A stretch of 64,000 nucleotides of DNA from sequence record NC_016163.1; one strand, given 5' to 3'. This document shows, in pieces, positions 1 to 9,137 of the stretch (its first letter is position 1; every line of letters begins with the position of its first letter). Made by a program: the position numbers and the translations under genes. Under the pieces are notes generated by a model. That model worked only from the letters and a program-made list of their open reading frames with translations, was not told where the DNA came from and ran no database searches.

Positions 1-134
1 TTATTTTTCTATTTCTATCAGAATGTTAGTAAATTTAAATTTTAAATTTTTGATAAAAATTATTACATCTTTAAAAGATTTATTATTTAATACAAAATTT
101 TTAGATAATTAAAATTTTAAAATGATAATTAAAG

Positions 135-151
135 ACATATTATTTACTTGA
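135..151 (+). promoter_or_regulatory. Putative early phage promoter (ACATATTAT-N5-TGA variant)
   Basis: Same motif recurs upstream of small and early genes at 1409, 8059, 10819, 13808, 21178, 28275, 51802, 58027, 63063 (+) and 42457 (-). Confidence 0.6.
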
Positions 152-219
152 CTTAAGATAGTTATTAATCTATAATAATATTAATAACGAATTACAACCA
201 AAGGCGAGAAACGAAAGAT

Positions 220-1296
220 ATGCAACCTATTGAGGGTATTGACAAAGCTATTAAAGATCTTACCAGTCTAACTAAGTCATATCAACATCTACCAGTATCG
301 AATAATATACAAGTAGAAATTGCGAATCTTTTCAAACTTCGTGATCTTGTTAACTATAATTGTAGTCAGTTTCCAAGTCAAACTGAACTAGCTGCAATTT
401 ATCGTCGTATATCTGGTAATGTTACGTTTGAAAAGGCAGTTAATAAAGGTCGTAGAAATGTTAGTAATTTCAATCTACGATTTGCAACCACGAATAAACA
501 TAAGCTGAAAGAATTTCTAGAGTATGTAGAATCTGATCAGACTTATCAATGTATGTCTGCTTTCTTCAATGTAAGTGACAAAGTACTTGAAGAACTAGAC
601 GTACCAGAGACAGAAACTTCGTTTACTTATAATGCATTATTAAAATCTAATAAGTATTCTGAAAAGTATCTTGATTCTCTAATCATGTCTGAGGATTCAG
701 GCTTGATTGTACCTATTCTTGGATGTAACGTTCCAGGAGTAATTTCGGCTCGTTATGGTTTTCAAAATGAAGGCTTAGAACTGGCTGAAAACTTCCGTAA
801 GTATTATATTACAGAAACTACTATGACATCTAGTCAAAAGGAAGAATGTAATCGTTTACTAGATAACCGAGATATTCGAAATTGTGTAGTTATTCTATGT
901 TCCATTGTAGAAAAAGCTCAAAACGATTTAGAAAATAATTATCCAGCTATCCTTACTACAACTGCAGCTTTGTCATATCATGGAAAAGAAATCCGCAATG
1001 CAACTGGTACCTTAAATGGTATTATTAGTACTAGACTAATTAAGAGTCTTTTTAGTAATAGTATTGGCGTTAAAGATTTTCTATTAGCGCTTCGTGGTTT
1101 TGGTTACAATCCGATTTTCCAAATTTCGGAATCTTATATGCCTTATGATGACCACGGGGTATTATTCTCTGTAGCATCAACAGTAAGATTAGAAGATACG
1201 AAAGGTTATTTCAACCATCGTAGAAATGCATTTAACGCAGTTTTATTAAGTCTTATCAGTTCTGTAGTTTTACCTTCCAGCGAATTCGAAAGCTGA
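220..1296 (+). CDS. Hypothetical protein, 358 aa
   Basis: Long ORF behind an early-type motif; no recognisable domain. Confidence 0.85.
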   Translation: MQPIEGIDKAIKDLTSLTKSYQHLPVSNNIQVEIANLFKLRDLVNYNCSQFPSQTELAAIYRRISGNVTFEKAVNKGRRNVSNFNLRFATTNKHKLKEFLEYVESDQTYQCMSAFFNVSDKVLEELDVPETETSFTYNALLKSNKYSEKYLDSLIMSEDSGLIVPILGCNVPGVISARYGFQNEGLELAENFRKYYITETTMTSSQKEECNRLLDNRDIRNCVVILCSIVEKAQNDLENNYPAILTTTAALSYHGKEIRNATGTLNGIISTRLIKSLFSNSIGVKDFLLALRGFGYNPIFQISESYMPYDDHGVLFSVASTVRLEDTKGYFNHRRNAFNAVLLSLISSVVLPSSEFES

Positions 1297-1408
1297 AGGT
1301 AATCTATAGGGTTTATAAAAGATCTTCACCACATAACAGGTTTATGTGAGACTAGGATACCGACATCCTAAAAACCTACTTATTGAAAATTTAAAGCATA
1401 AATTGCTG

Positions 1409-1425
1409 ATATATTATTTTAGTGA
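1409..1425 (+). promoter_or_regulatory. Putative early promoter ATATATTAT-tttag-TGA
   Basis: Exact family motif upstream of the 1492 gene. Confidence 0.7.
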
Positions 1426-1491
1426 GTAGGATGACGTATTTGTCAATCACTTTATCATTTCAAACAAATCTCTAAACAAGGAATACTTATC

Positions 1492-2535
1492 ATGGCTAAA
1501 AAACCTGGCTTTCTGGACAAACTGAAAAAAGGCAAAACCGCTTCTAAAGAAGAAGAAACTCTGAAAAAGGGTAAAGCTGCTGTAGAAGACGATGAAGAGG
1601 AAGAAGAAGAGGAGGAAGAAGTTGCTCCTAAGAAATCTTCTAAAAAGCCTGTCCTGAAAAAAGGTAAGAAACCTGTCGTCGAAGAAGAAGAAGACGATGA
1701 GGAAGAAGAGGAAGATGATGCTGAAGAAGAAACCGAAGACGATGAGTCTGAGGAAGAATCTGATGATGAAGAGGAAGAAGAAGAAGAGGAGGAAGTAGCT
1801 CCTAAGAAATCTTCTAAGAAATCTCTTCCTGTTAAGAAAGGTAAAAAAGCTCCTGTCGTTGAAGACGACGAGGAAGAAGAAGAGGAAGACTCCGAAGAGG
1901 AGGAAGAAGATGATGAAGAGGAGGAAGTAGCTCCTAAGAAATCTTCTAAGAAAGTAGCTCCTAAAAAAGCTGCTGCTCCTGCTAAGAAAGCCGCTAAGAA
2001 ATCTAAAGCTTCCGATGATGAAGAGGAAGATGAAGAAGAATCTAACGGTGGTAAACCTCTCTTCGGCGGTAAAGCTAAGAAAGCTGCAACTCTGCGTACT
2101 CCGAAAGAAGGCGCAACAATGCCGCGTGAAAATATCATTTCCATGATCGCTGAAAAGCTGGATTGCACTAAAGCTGAAGCAAAAACTGCTCTGGTTGGTA
2201 TTGAAGAAGTCCTGAAAGAAGTTGGTGAACAATACTCCTTCCGCTTCATGGATTCCAACTTCCGTCGTCGTGTAGTTAATACTCGCGATTACAAAGGTGC
2301 AGGTGGTCTGACTGAACGTGTATCTAGCGATGTTGCTGCTATGACTACTCGTGTCGAATCCCACGTTTCCCTGAAAGGCGAAGTAACTTACGATCGTCGT
2401 ACCATTCGTGGTGTTGGCGAAGGTGATGACTTCCGTGAAGGTAACATGGTTAATGGTAAATTCGTAGCTGGTACCTGGGATGAAGAAGGTAACTTCACTC
2501 CATCTGAAAAGAAAGTCAAAAAAGCTAAAAAATAA
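1492..2535 (+). CDS. HU/IHF-like DNA-binding protein with ~200-aa acidic/basic disordered N-terminus
   Basis: AAGGA RBS; host-optimal codons; alternating E/D runs and APKKSSKK blocks, then MPRENIISMIAEKLDCTKAEAKTALVGIEEVLKE resembling HU helices 1-2. Confidence 0.7.
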   Translation: MAKKPGFLDKLKKGKTASKEEETLKKGKAAVEDDEEEEEEEEEVAPKKSSKKPVLKKGKKPVVEEEEDDEEEEEDDAEEETEDDESEEESDDEEEEEEEEEVAPKKSSKKSLPVKKGKKAPVVEDDEEEEEEDSEEEEEDDEEEEVAPKKSSKKVAPKKAAAPAKKAAKKSKASDDEEEDEEESNGGKPLFGGKAKKAATLRTPKEGATMPRENIISMIAEKLDCTKAEAKTALVGIEEVLKEVGEQYSFRFMDSNFRRRVVNTRDYKGAGGLTERVSSDVAAMTTRVESHVSLKGEVTYDRRTIRGVGEGDDFREGNMVNGKFVAGTWDEEGNFTPSEKKVKKAKK

Positions 2536-2633
2536 TATTGACTAATAGTTAATATTAGATAAAGATTCCCCATAACGTTTAAAAGCGTTATGGGGATCCT
2601 TCAATATTATTTTTATATAAGAGGCTAAGAGAA

Positions 2634-4445
2634 TTGGAAACTATAGATCTCAACTTCGTCAATAATAAGAATCCAGAAGAAGTTTTTGAAATCACTGACG
2701 GATTGATTGAAATCTTCCGTGATGATTGGCATAGAGCCTTTGAACAAGTAAAGATTAAAATTAAAAAAGAAACTAAGGTTATCAACCTTAACTCACTGTT
2801 CACTGGTCTTATCTATTCAACTACAAGATTCCCTTTAGATAGAGAACTGACAGTTGATGATTTAGTACTGGACTTAACATCTGGTGTAAATGAAAATATT
2901 GCTAACTATTTAGATGATACTATCTTAGAATTCACTAAGCAAGATGGTGATATTTCAGAGCTGTCATTATTCATTAGTAAGGCACTTTCCAGAGCAGCTA
3001 GTTATAGTTGGAATATTAACCACTTCCGTGGTAATACTATTAATATTTATGATCTCATTAAACTCATGCAAGAGAATCCTGATCTGCGTAAGATCATTAA
3101 CTTTGAGAGCAATGAGAATCTACAGTTCGCTGAAATTGAGTCAAGCGTAGAAGAGCAAACTAAAAAACTTGTAAAAATTCTACGTTCCAAAGAAGTTGAC
3201 TCATGTTTTAAAAATATCATTCCATCTGTATCTATCAAGCAGTTCCAACAGGTATTTGTCAATATTTCTCTTAAGCCAGACTTGTATGGTATCATTATTA
3301 GTAAACCAATTAATACAAGTTTCTTTAGAGGTATGCGTAATAGTACTGATTACTATATCAACGCTCAAGGTGCCCGTAAAGCGCTTGTAACTAACGCAAC
3401 AAGTGTTAGGTCTGCTGGTTATCTTGCTCGTAAGCTCATTCTTCTTTGTCTTGGTACTCAACTCGATAGAGAAGTGGAAGATTGCGGAACTAATAATCTC
3501 ATTGAACTTAAACTTGATAATAAAGATCAAGCTAAACGTTTTACAAATAGTTTCTATAAGCTTAAACCTAGTGATAAGAAATTGTCATTGGTTACTAATA
3601 AAAACTACATGGATATTGTAGGTAAAACAGTACACTTCCGCTCTCCAATTACATGTAAATTAGGGGATGGTAAAATCTGTAAAACCTGCTATGGACATTT
3701 GTCTCATACTAATAATTTCCATATTGGCATTTCAGCTATACTGGTTCTATGTAATCAACTTATTCAACGTCTACTGTCGTCTAAACACCTATTACAAGTC
3801 TCAACTGAAAAGATTGAACTTGATGAGACAATTAGCAAATACTTCTATGTAGATAAAGATATCTTAGTTGCAAAAGAGACTTTCAAATTGTCTCTTACTG
3901 AGGTAACTGAAGCTCATAACGCTAAGCAAGTTCATGGAATTAAAATTGTAGATGAGTCTGATGAGATATTAGATTATCAGTTCTTGGATATGGAAGTATT
4001 CGATTCTATCATTTCTGAGAATTTAGATAAAGACAATTCTATAGATGTTGAACCAAATCAGCCTATTTTCAAATTTAACGTTGAGAATACTGAGATTTCT
4101 GCTCCACTTAAAAAGCTATTATCTTTGATCGAATCTGAGGTAGAGCTTAACAAACGTTCTTCAGTTAATGAATTACTTAAAGATTTAATTGATCTCTTGA
4201 ACTTATCAGGTATTCGTTTATCTGCTACAGGTCTTCAGATTCTAGTTAAATCACTGGCTAGAGATCCTTCCAATATTATGGAAAGAACTACTGATTTGAA
4301 TGATGTATACTTCCTACGTGTTCATAATGCCATTCTTAACAGTAAATCATTGTCTATCGGTTTAGCATACGAACGTTTAAAACTTCAATTAGAATCGAAT
4401 ATCTTTGATAAGACAGAGTCTTCTGTCTTGGATGTACTTTTCTAA
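2634..4445 (+). CDS. Multisubunit RNA polymerase beta-prime C-terminal subunit (probably non-virion RNAP)
   Basis: Bridge helix YYINAQGARKAL...SAGYLARKL, EDCGT, Zn site RSPITC..KICKTCYG, trigger-loop region NQLIQRLLSSKH. Confidence 0.9.
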   Translation: METIDLNFVNNKNPEEVFEITDGLIEIFRDDWHRAFEQVKIKIKKETKVINLNSLFTGLIYSTTRFPLDRELTVDDLVLDLTSGVNENIANYLDDTILEFTKQDGDISELSLFISKALSRAASYSWNINHFRGNTINIYDLIKLMQENPDLRKIINFESNENLQFAEIESSVEEQTKKLVKILRSKEVDSCFKNIIPSVSIKQFQQVFVNISLKPDLYGIIISKPINTSFFRGMRNSTDYYINAQGARKALVTNATSVRSAGYLARKLILLCLGTQLDREVEDCGTNNLIELKLDNKDQAKRFTNSFYKLKPSDKKLSLVTNKNYMDIVGKTVHFRSPITCKLGDGKICKTCYGHLSHTNNFHIGISAILVLCNQLIQRLLSSKHLLQVSTEKIELDETISKYFYVDKDILVAKETFKLSLTEVTEAHNAKQVHGIKIVDESDEILDYQFLDMEVFDSIISENLDKDNSIDVEPNQPIFKFNVENTEISAPLKKLLSLIESEVELNKRSSVNELLKDLIDLLNLSGIRLSATGLQILVKSLARDPSNIMERTTDLNDVYFLRVHNAILNSKSLSIGLAYERLKLQLESNIFDKTESSVLDVLF

Positions 4446-4466
4446 ATAACTTTAATAGGGATCAAA

Positions 4467-4982
4467 ATGTCTAGTAATAACGAGTACGATATCGTAAAAA
4501 AGATGTTTGATCACGCTATTGTTGAAGCTAATGCGTCTCCAGATACTCGACAGAAAGTAGGTGCTGTTATTGCAACTGGTGATCTAAGTAATATTATCTC
4601 TACGGGGTGGAATGGTCGCCCCGTTGTAGATAAAGATTTCAATAAATGTGTGAATCCTAAAACATCATCATCTTTCCCACAACTGATTCATGCAGAAGAA
4701 CGTGCTATTATTAAAGCAGGTTTTGATAAGTGTAATGGCGCTACTATTTTTGTAACACATTGCCCTTGTTTAAGATGTGCTGCCAGAATTATTGAATCTG
4801 GTATTAAGCGTGTTTACTTCATGAAAGAACACGATGAACTGGAAGGAGCTGAATATCTTCTAGCCAACGGCATTGAAGTTAGTCAAGTACCTTTCTTAAG
4901 ACGAACTATTTCTCCCAACGATCAATTCTTAAGCGAATTGGTTCCTGGAGAAGTAAAGAGTTTAAAAGAAACTGGTAAGTAA
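4467..4982 (+). CDS. dCMP deaminase
   Basis: KVGAVI, TGWNG, HAEE and PCLRC zinc-deaminase motifs. Confidence 0.92.
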   Translation: MSSNNEYDIVKKMFDHAIVEANASPDTRQKVGAVIATGDLSNIISTGWNGRPVVDKDFNKCVNPKTSSSFPQLIHAEERAIIKAGFDKCNGATIFVTHCPCLRCAARIIESGIKRVYFMKEHDELEGAEYLLANGIEVSQVPFLRRTISPNDQFLSELVPGEVKSLKETGK

Positions 4983-4983
4983 T

Positions 4984-5211
4984 ATGTATAAAGTGACCGA
5001 AGTAATTAGTAACTCTGTAAATATTCATTTTAAAGCACAAGAAGATTTATTATTTAAATTTGGAAGAGGTTATGTGACAAGTCTCCAAATGGAAACTCTT
5101 TTCTTAGCTCAATCTAAATTTTATGCAAAATTGGATTTATGGAAAAGTAGTAGCTTCGATATGAGTGAGGTTATCTCTAGAGGTTCTACTATTCGAATTA
5201 CTGATAACTAG
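4984..5211 (+). CDS. Hypothetical protein, 75 aa
   Basis: Abuts previous stop; operon packing. Confidence 0.65.
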   Translation: MYKVTEVISNSVNIHFKAQEDLLFKFGRGYVTSLQMETLFLAQSKFYAKLDLWKSSSFDMSEVISRGSTIRITDN

Positions 5212-5219
5212 GTTACTTT

Positions 5220-5480
5220 ATGCTTACTTTAAGAATTCTCAAGGATGAGAAACGCCCTTTTCATTTTAATGGTACTTCATTTAAACATACTGTAGAAGTT
5301 TGGTTCAGTGAAAGTGTTAAATATATAGCTAATCCTTTAAACGGTATGATGAATTTTTCAGTCAAGTACAAATTTGTATTGGATTCTGAAAAATTTTATT
5401 CAAAGGTAAATTATTTTGCCATTCGTACTGGTTATCGTAATAAAGTATATGTATTAACTATTAGATCTACAGGCTTCTAA
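5220..5480 (+). CDS. Hypothetical protein, 86 aa
   Basis: Operon packing. Confidence 0.65.
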   Translation: MLTLRILKDEKRPFHFNGTSFKHTVEVWFSESVKYIANPLNGMMNFSVKYKFVLDSEKFYSKVNYFAIRTGYRNKVYVLTIRSTGF

Positions 5481-5491
5481 CAGAAAGTTAG
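5479..5491 (+). promoter_or_regulatory. Putative late promoter AACA-N6-TAG driving tRNA cluster 1
   Basis: AACA-GAAAGT-TAG. Same motif at 7459, 9138, 10051, 12195, 17547, 17836, 19205, 20627, 22066, 22830, 32279, 33919, 50210, 51852 (+) and 38403, 47777 (-). Matches the AR9 late consensus AACA-N6-T(A/G). Confidence 0.75.
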
Positions 5492-5617
5492 AAATGAAAG
5501 ACTAAAGCTTCCATTCCTGACTCATTTAGTAATTTCTTAGCCTTTTTATAGGGATAATAACTTTTCATTATCCCTTCTTTTCATAAAGTACTTACGAGTA
5601 TATTATGAAAAGAATTT

Positions 5618-5654
5618 CGGTGCATAGCTCAGTAGGATAGTAGCAACTGCATCA
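5618..5654 (+). pseudogene. Internally deleted tRNA remnant (acceptor stem plus D-arm only)
   Basis: CGGTGCA-TA-GCTCAGTAGGATAGTAGC then TGCATCA pairing back to GGTGCA; no anticodon or T arm. Confidence 0.55.
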
Positions 5655-5658
5655 AATT

Positions 5659-5735
5659 CGGGGTGTAGCATAATAGGATAATGCACCGACCTTCTAAGTC
5701 GGCTTACGTGGGTTCGACTCCCTCCGTCCCGACCA
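5659..5735 (+). tRNA. trnR: tRNA-Arg(UCU)
   Basis: Anticodon arm CCGAC-CTTCTAA-GTCGG, GTTCGA T-loop, encoded CCA. Confidence 0.93.
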
Positions 5736-5746
5736 AATTAATTTAT

Positions 5747-5828
5747 GCGAATGTGGCGAAATTGGTAGACGCCCCAGATTTAGGTTCTGGTATCGAAAGG
5801 TGTGTGGGTTCGACTCCCTCCATTCGCA
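5747..5828 (+). tRNA. trnL: tRNA-Leu(UAG)
   Basis: CCAGA-TTTAGGT-TCTGG, long variable arm, acceptor GCGAATG/CATTCGC, no encoded CCA. Confidence 0.93.
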
Positions 5829-5837
5829 ATCTATTCT

Positions 5838-5925
5838 GTCTGCTTGTCCAAATTGGTAAAGGAAGGAGACTTAAAATCTCCCGGCTGTAACAGCCTTATG
5901 GGTTCGACTCCCTTAGCAGATACCA
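5838..5925 (+). tRNA. trnL: tRNA-Leu(UAA)
   Basis: GGAGA-CTTAAAA-TCTCC, long variable arm, encoded CCA. Confidence 0.93.
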
Positions 5926-5942
5926 CTTATAGGAATTTCTGA

Positions 5943-6035
5943 GTGAAACAAGAAATCCCAATTGATTTAAAATCATATGAAAAAATGATTAGAGACCTAG
6001 TGAATTCTGCATTAAGTAGAACTTATCAAGGTTAA
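5943..6035 (+). CDS. Small ORF, 30 aa (VKQEIPIDLKSYEKMIRDLVNSALSRTYQG), below ORF-track cutoff
   Basis: GTG start with AGGAA upstream; fills the gap between two tRNAs. Confidence 0.45.
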   Translation: MKQEIPIDLKSYEKMIRDLVNSALSRTYQG

Positions 6036-6042
6036 GTATTAT

Positions 6043-6120
6043 GGGCCATTAGCATAGTGCTCTAATGCAGCCAGCTCATAACTGGAAGATCACCGGTTGG
6101 AATCGCGGTATGGCCCACCA
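6043..6120 (+). tRNA. tRNA with CAU anticodon, probably Ile2 (lysidine type) rather than Met
   Basis: GGGCCAT/ATGGCCC acceptor with C4-G69 and C5-G68 (TilS determinants), CTCATAA loop, encoded CCA; atypical D and T loops. Confidence 0.8.
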
Positions 6121-6222
6121 TTAAATAAAATTTCCCATATCCTTCGAAAGAGGGATATGGGAGTTTATTTCTTTTTTATTCATATATAATTATAATAGAA
6201 TATAACTTTATAGGAAAATATA

Positions 6223-6750
6223 ATGAAAGACAAGATGCAAAAAATTTTAGATAATATTAAAAAAGATGAAAATGGCTGTTGGATATGGCAAAGGTCTTTA
6301 ACTGGTTCAGGATATGGTCAAATATTTGCTGAAGGTAGAAATCATTCAGTACATAAATATGTATTTGAATTAATTAATGGTAAAGTTCCAAATAAATACG
6401 TAGTTCGTCATAAATGCCATAATCGTAAATGCTGTAATCCAGATCATCTACTATCTGGAACAAATAAAGATAACTATCATGATTCTATTGAAGTATTTAA
6501 AAAAATTCATAAAAGTAAAAGACTTAAATGGATTATAAACGATGTTTCTTATCCTAATTCAAGAATTTCGTCTAAGATAACTAAACTTTCTCAGAGTATA
6601 ATTTGTAAGCATATGGATAAAGAAACTAGAATATTTGATTATGATAGTTATGCTAAAGCGTGTAAAATAGCCAATGTTGAACCTAAGAAGTTACCAACTC
6701 TTAAGACTCTCACTAAAGAGCAGAAGAAACTCATTGAGGATAATATGTAA
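6223..6750 (+). CDS. HNH homing endonuclease (free-standing)
   Basis: GCWIW..GYG..HKYVFE..VRHKCHNRKCCNPDHL..GTNKDN. Confidence 0.9.
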   Translation: MKDKMQKILDNIKKDENGCWIWQRSLTGSGYGQIFAEGRNHSVHKYVFELINGKVPNKYVVRHKCHNRKCCNPDHLLSGTNKDNYHDSIEVFKKIHKSKRLKWIINDVSYPNSRISSKITKLSQSIICKHMDKETRIFDYDSYAKACKIANVEPKKLPTLKTLTKEQKKLIEDNM

Positions 6751-7037
6751 TGCTTAGAATCCATAGAAATGCTGCAATTTTCAGCATTTCAGAAATTGAT
6801 GAGTGTATGCTTTTTCTAGGTTTTATAAAGACCTTAAAACATGTAAAAGATTATACTAAGATAGATGATGAAGATGATTATAGAAAATCATTTTATATTA
6901 TTGGCCCTAATCCTGAAATGAAAGGTATGAATAGAGTTCAGGTAATAGAGCATAGTAACCCATTAAGGAAATCTCATACTTTCTTTTATTCCATAGAGAA
7001 AAAATATAATGCTAAAAGTATCTGGCTCAAGAAATAA
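6750..7037 (+). CDS. Hypothetical protein, 95 aa
   Basis: TAATG overlap with HNH stop. Confidence 0.7.
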   Translation: MLRIHRNAAIFSISEIDECMLFLGFIKTLKHVKDYTKIDDEDDYRKSFYIIGPNPEMKGMNRVQVIEHSNPLRKSHTFFYSIEKKYNAKSIWLKK

Positions 7038-7218
7038 ACTTATTACTTATTCCAGATATCATGAGTTTATTGCATATTTTGAGGATAACTTAGGTATTGA
7101 AAACTTAACTATAAAACGTATAATTTATCGTACCAAAAGGACTTATAATAATATAGAAACAATAAATTTCTGGTTTGCTGAAAATGTATTATGGAATAGT
7201 AAACTATGTTTATTATAG
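7009..7218 (+). CDS. Hypothetical protein, 69 aa
   Basis: Overlapping operon packing; start uncertain. Confidence 0.55.
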   Translation: MLKVSGSRNKLITYSRYHEFIAYFEDNLGIENLTIKRIIYRTKRTYNNIETINFWFAENVLWNSKLCLL

Positions 7219-7445
7219 GTTATGTAGTACCTAATAAAATTAATCACCATAGAACTTCTTTAGTTACTCATTCATTATTTAATGTAATGGGAGTAGATGA
7301 TGATTATGATATAGAAAATGATTACTTTTTAGAGATATTTATCGATTTAGAAAATGTACCTATTGATGATTCAAATAAAGTAGTAACTATACAGCATCAT
7401 GTAGGTCTATGTGAAAATAAATGGTTAGTATTTACTCCTTATTAA
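7206..7445 (+). CDS. Hypothetical protein, 79 aa
   Basis: Operon packing. Confidence 0.65.
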   Translation: MFIIGYVVPNKINHHRTSLVTHSLFNVMGVDDDYDIENDYFLEIFIDLENVPIDDSNKVVTIQHHVGLCENKWLVFTPY

Positions 7446-7530
7446 AGTACGAATAAGCAACAGTTTAGTAGTTAGTTGAGAAACACTAACTACAATAGAA
7501 ACTAGTACTCAGAAATAAGGAAGACATAAA

Positions 7531-7965
7531 ATGTCTATTACAGTAAAAATTATGAATGACACTCACCCTAGACGTGGTGACGATAATATTTCATCAAGAT
7601 TTAAGCTTGTGCATATTCCTGATGGTGGTTCTTTTCAGATTAACCGCCCTCAAGCAAGAGACCTTAATGAAGATCTTTCAATAGATTCCCCATTAGTTGG
7701 TAGACCGGATTTAGGATATTGTACGTTATCTGTATTTGGTAGTGATGGTTCCGATTTAGGTGCATTACATGTCATTAATGGTAATATGTATGTAATGGAT
7801 AATGGTAAAACCATCTCTACATTTTGGGGATGTTCTTATCCTATTGACGACCCTAAGCTATCAGACCTCGAACCAATGGAAGTTAAAGAAGATAAAGTTC
7901 TAGATAAAAATAAATCTTTCATTACTCCTCTAGAGCATCAAGAGATTTTAAGATCTCGATTATAA
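7531..7965 (+). CDS. Hypothetical protein, 144 aa
   Basis: AAGGAAG RBS; late-type motif at 7459; hairpin terminator at 7994. Confidence 0.8.
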   Translation: MSITVKIMNDTHPRRGDDNISSRFKLVHIPDGGSFQINRPQARDLNEDLSIDSPLVGRPDLGYCTLSVFGSDGSDLGALHVINGNMYVMDNGKTISTFWGCSYPIDDPKLSDLEPMEVKEDKVLDKNKSFITPLEHQEILRSRL

Positions 7966-8143
7966 GTATTAATATTTTAAATATTAAAAATAACCCATAT
8001 CCTTCCAAAGAGGGATATGGGAGTTTTATTACAAAATGTAGCGGCGGTATAAATAAGCATATATTATTACCATGAAGTAGCATAGGAAGCTGACATAATG
8101 ATTATTAATATCATTTAAACCGTACGGTAATGGGGTATATAAT

Positions 8144-8431
8144 ATGATCGCTGAAAATATATCTTTACTTGTGAACGATATGTATGCTGAATTAGTTAAC
8201 CATTTAGATGATAATTTATCTGGTAAGCCTAGCTACATAACCGAGTATAATTTAGAAGATTTGACTATAGAACAGCTGAATGACTTATCTGAATCATTAG
8301 TTGATAAACTGACTAATGAGCTAATAGAGAATCCTTTAGCTGCAAGAGTTGAAATATCTATCTCTATCACTAACAAATCTGAAATTTCAGTAGAGGAAAA
8401 TCTGATAGAACATGACAATCTACCAGAATAG
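8144..8431 (+). CDS. Hypothetical acidic protein, 95 aa
   Basis: Early motif at 8059; hairpin after stop. Confidence 0.75.
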   Translation: MIAENISLLVNDMYAELVNHLDDNLSGKPSYITEYNLEDLTIEQLNDLSESLVDKLTNELIENPLAARVEISISITNKSEISVEENLIEHDNLPE

Positions 8432-8482
8432 TAACTAATAAAGCCTACTTAGGTAGGCTTTATTTTTATATAAGGAATACAA

Positions 8483-8689
8483 TTGTATATTCACACTTAT
8501 AACAAAGAACTTCCAGATAGCTCTAATGAAAATATAAGATCGATTCTTATGGTCTATGCTTCATCTGCATATGCTGTTAATTCAGCTGTATCACTTGATA
8601 TAGTTCAGTGGTTTGTAAAATTACATGAAATAAAAGAATCGCAAATTCTAATAAGGGTACACAGTGAATATTTTAAGGTGGAGGGGTAG
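8483..8689 (+). CDS. Hypothetical protein, 68 aa (TTG start)
   Basis: AAGGAA RBS upstream. Confidence 0.65.
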   Translation: MYIHTYNKELPDSSNENIRSILMVYASSAYAVNSAVSLDIVQWFVKLHEIKESQILIRVHSEYFKVEG

Positions 8690-8873
8690 GCAACCTATTC
8701 AAGAAGTACAAGACACTCTTTCAGAAATTAATCAGAGAGAAATTTCACAATTGGTTCATGATATAGTTGTTGATCGTCTTCCAATGAGTAGTATAGCATA
8801 TGAAGAAAAGATGGTATTCAATGGTAGAACTAGCTATCCTTATATAAGATTATTATGGATTAGAAAATGTTAA
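8664..8873 (+). CDS. Hypothetical protein, 69 aa
   Basis: Overlap packing. Confidence 0.55.
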   Translation: MNILRWRGRQPIQEVQDTLSEINQREISQLVHDIVVDRLPMSSIAYEEKMVFNGRTSYPYIRLLWIRKC

Positions 8874-9133
8874 CTTTATTACGTATTAATAAATCTAGAG
8901 AGCATCGCTTAGAAATATTAGTAGAGTCTAAACGATTTTCTGCTTTAGCTGAAGCTGAGGTTCTATTATTACCTTTTTCTCGTAGATTTGAAACAGAATA
9001 TTTGTATTTCCATACTAGCTTTAAAAAATCTGAGAAACCTATAAGTCTTCGTTGCTCGCCAGAATTTGTAAATTTTTGTAACAAAAATACAGGATTCTAT
9101 GATTCTTCTTTAGAAGAACAAATTGTTTTCTAG
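8867..9133 (+). CDS. Hypothetical protein, 88 aa
   Basis: Overlap packing. Confidence 0.6.
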   Translation: MLTLLRINKSREHRLEILVESKRFSALAEAEVLLLPFSRRFETEYLYFHTSFKKSEKPISLRCSPEFVNFCNKNTGFYDSSLEEQIVF

Positions 9134-9137
9134 AGCT

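Noticed and set aside
1600-1970. Repeated ~35-nt units resembling a CRISPR or tandem array
   Set aside because: In-frame coding repeats (EEEVAPKKSSKK) with irregular spacing; no palindromic repeat and no cas genes
1447-2364. Two long minus-strand ORFs (305 and 267 aa, F/L- and S-rich)
   Set aside because: Antisense shadows of the GAA/GAT-rich low-complexity gene; no RBS or promoter
5681-5890. 69-aa ORF in the track
   Set aside because: Lies across three well-formed tRNA genes
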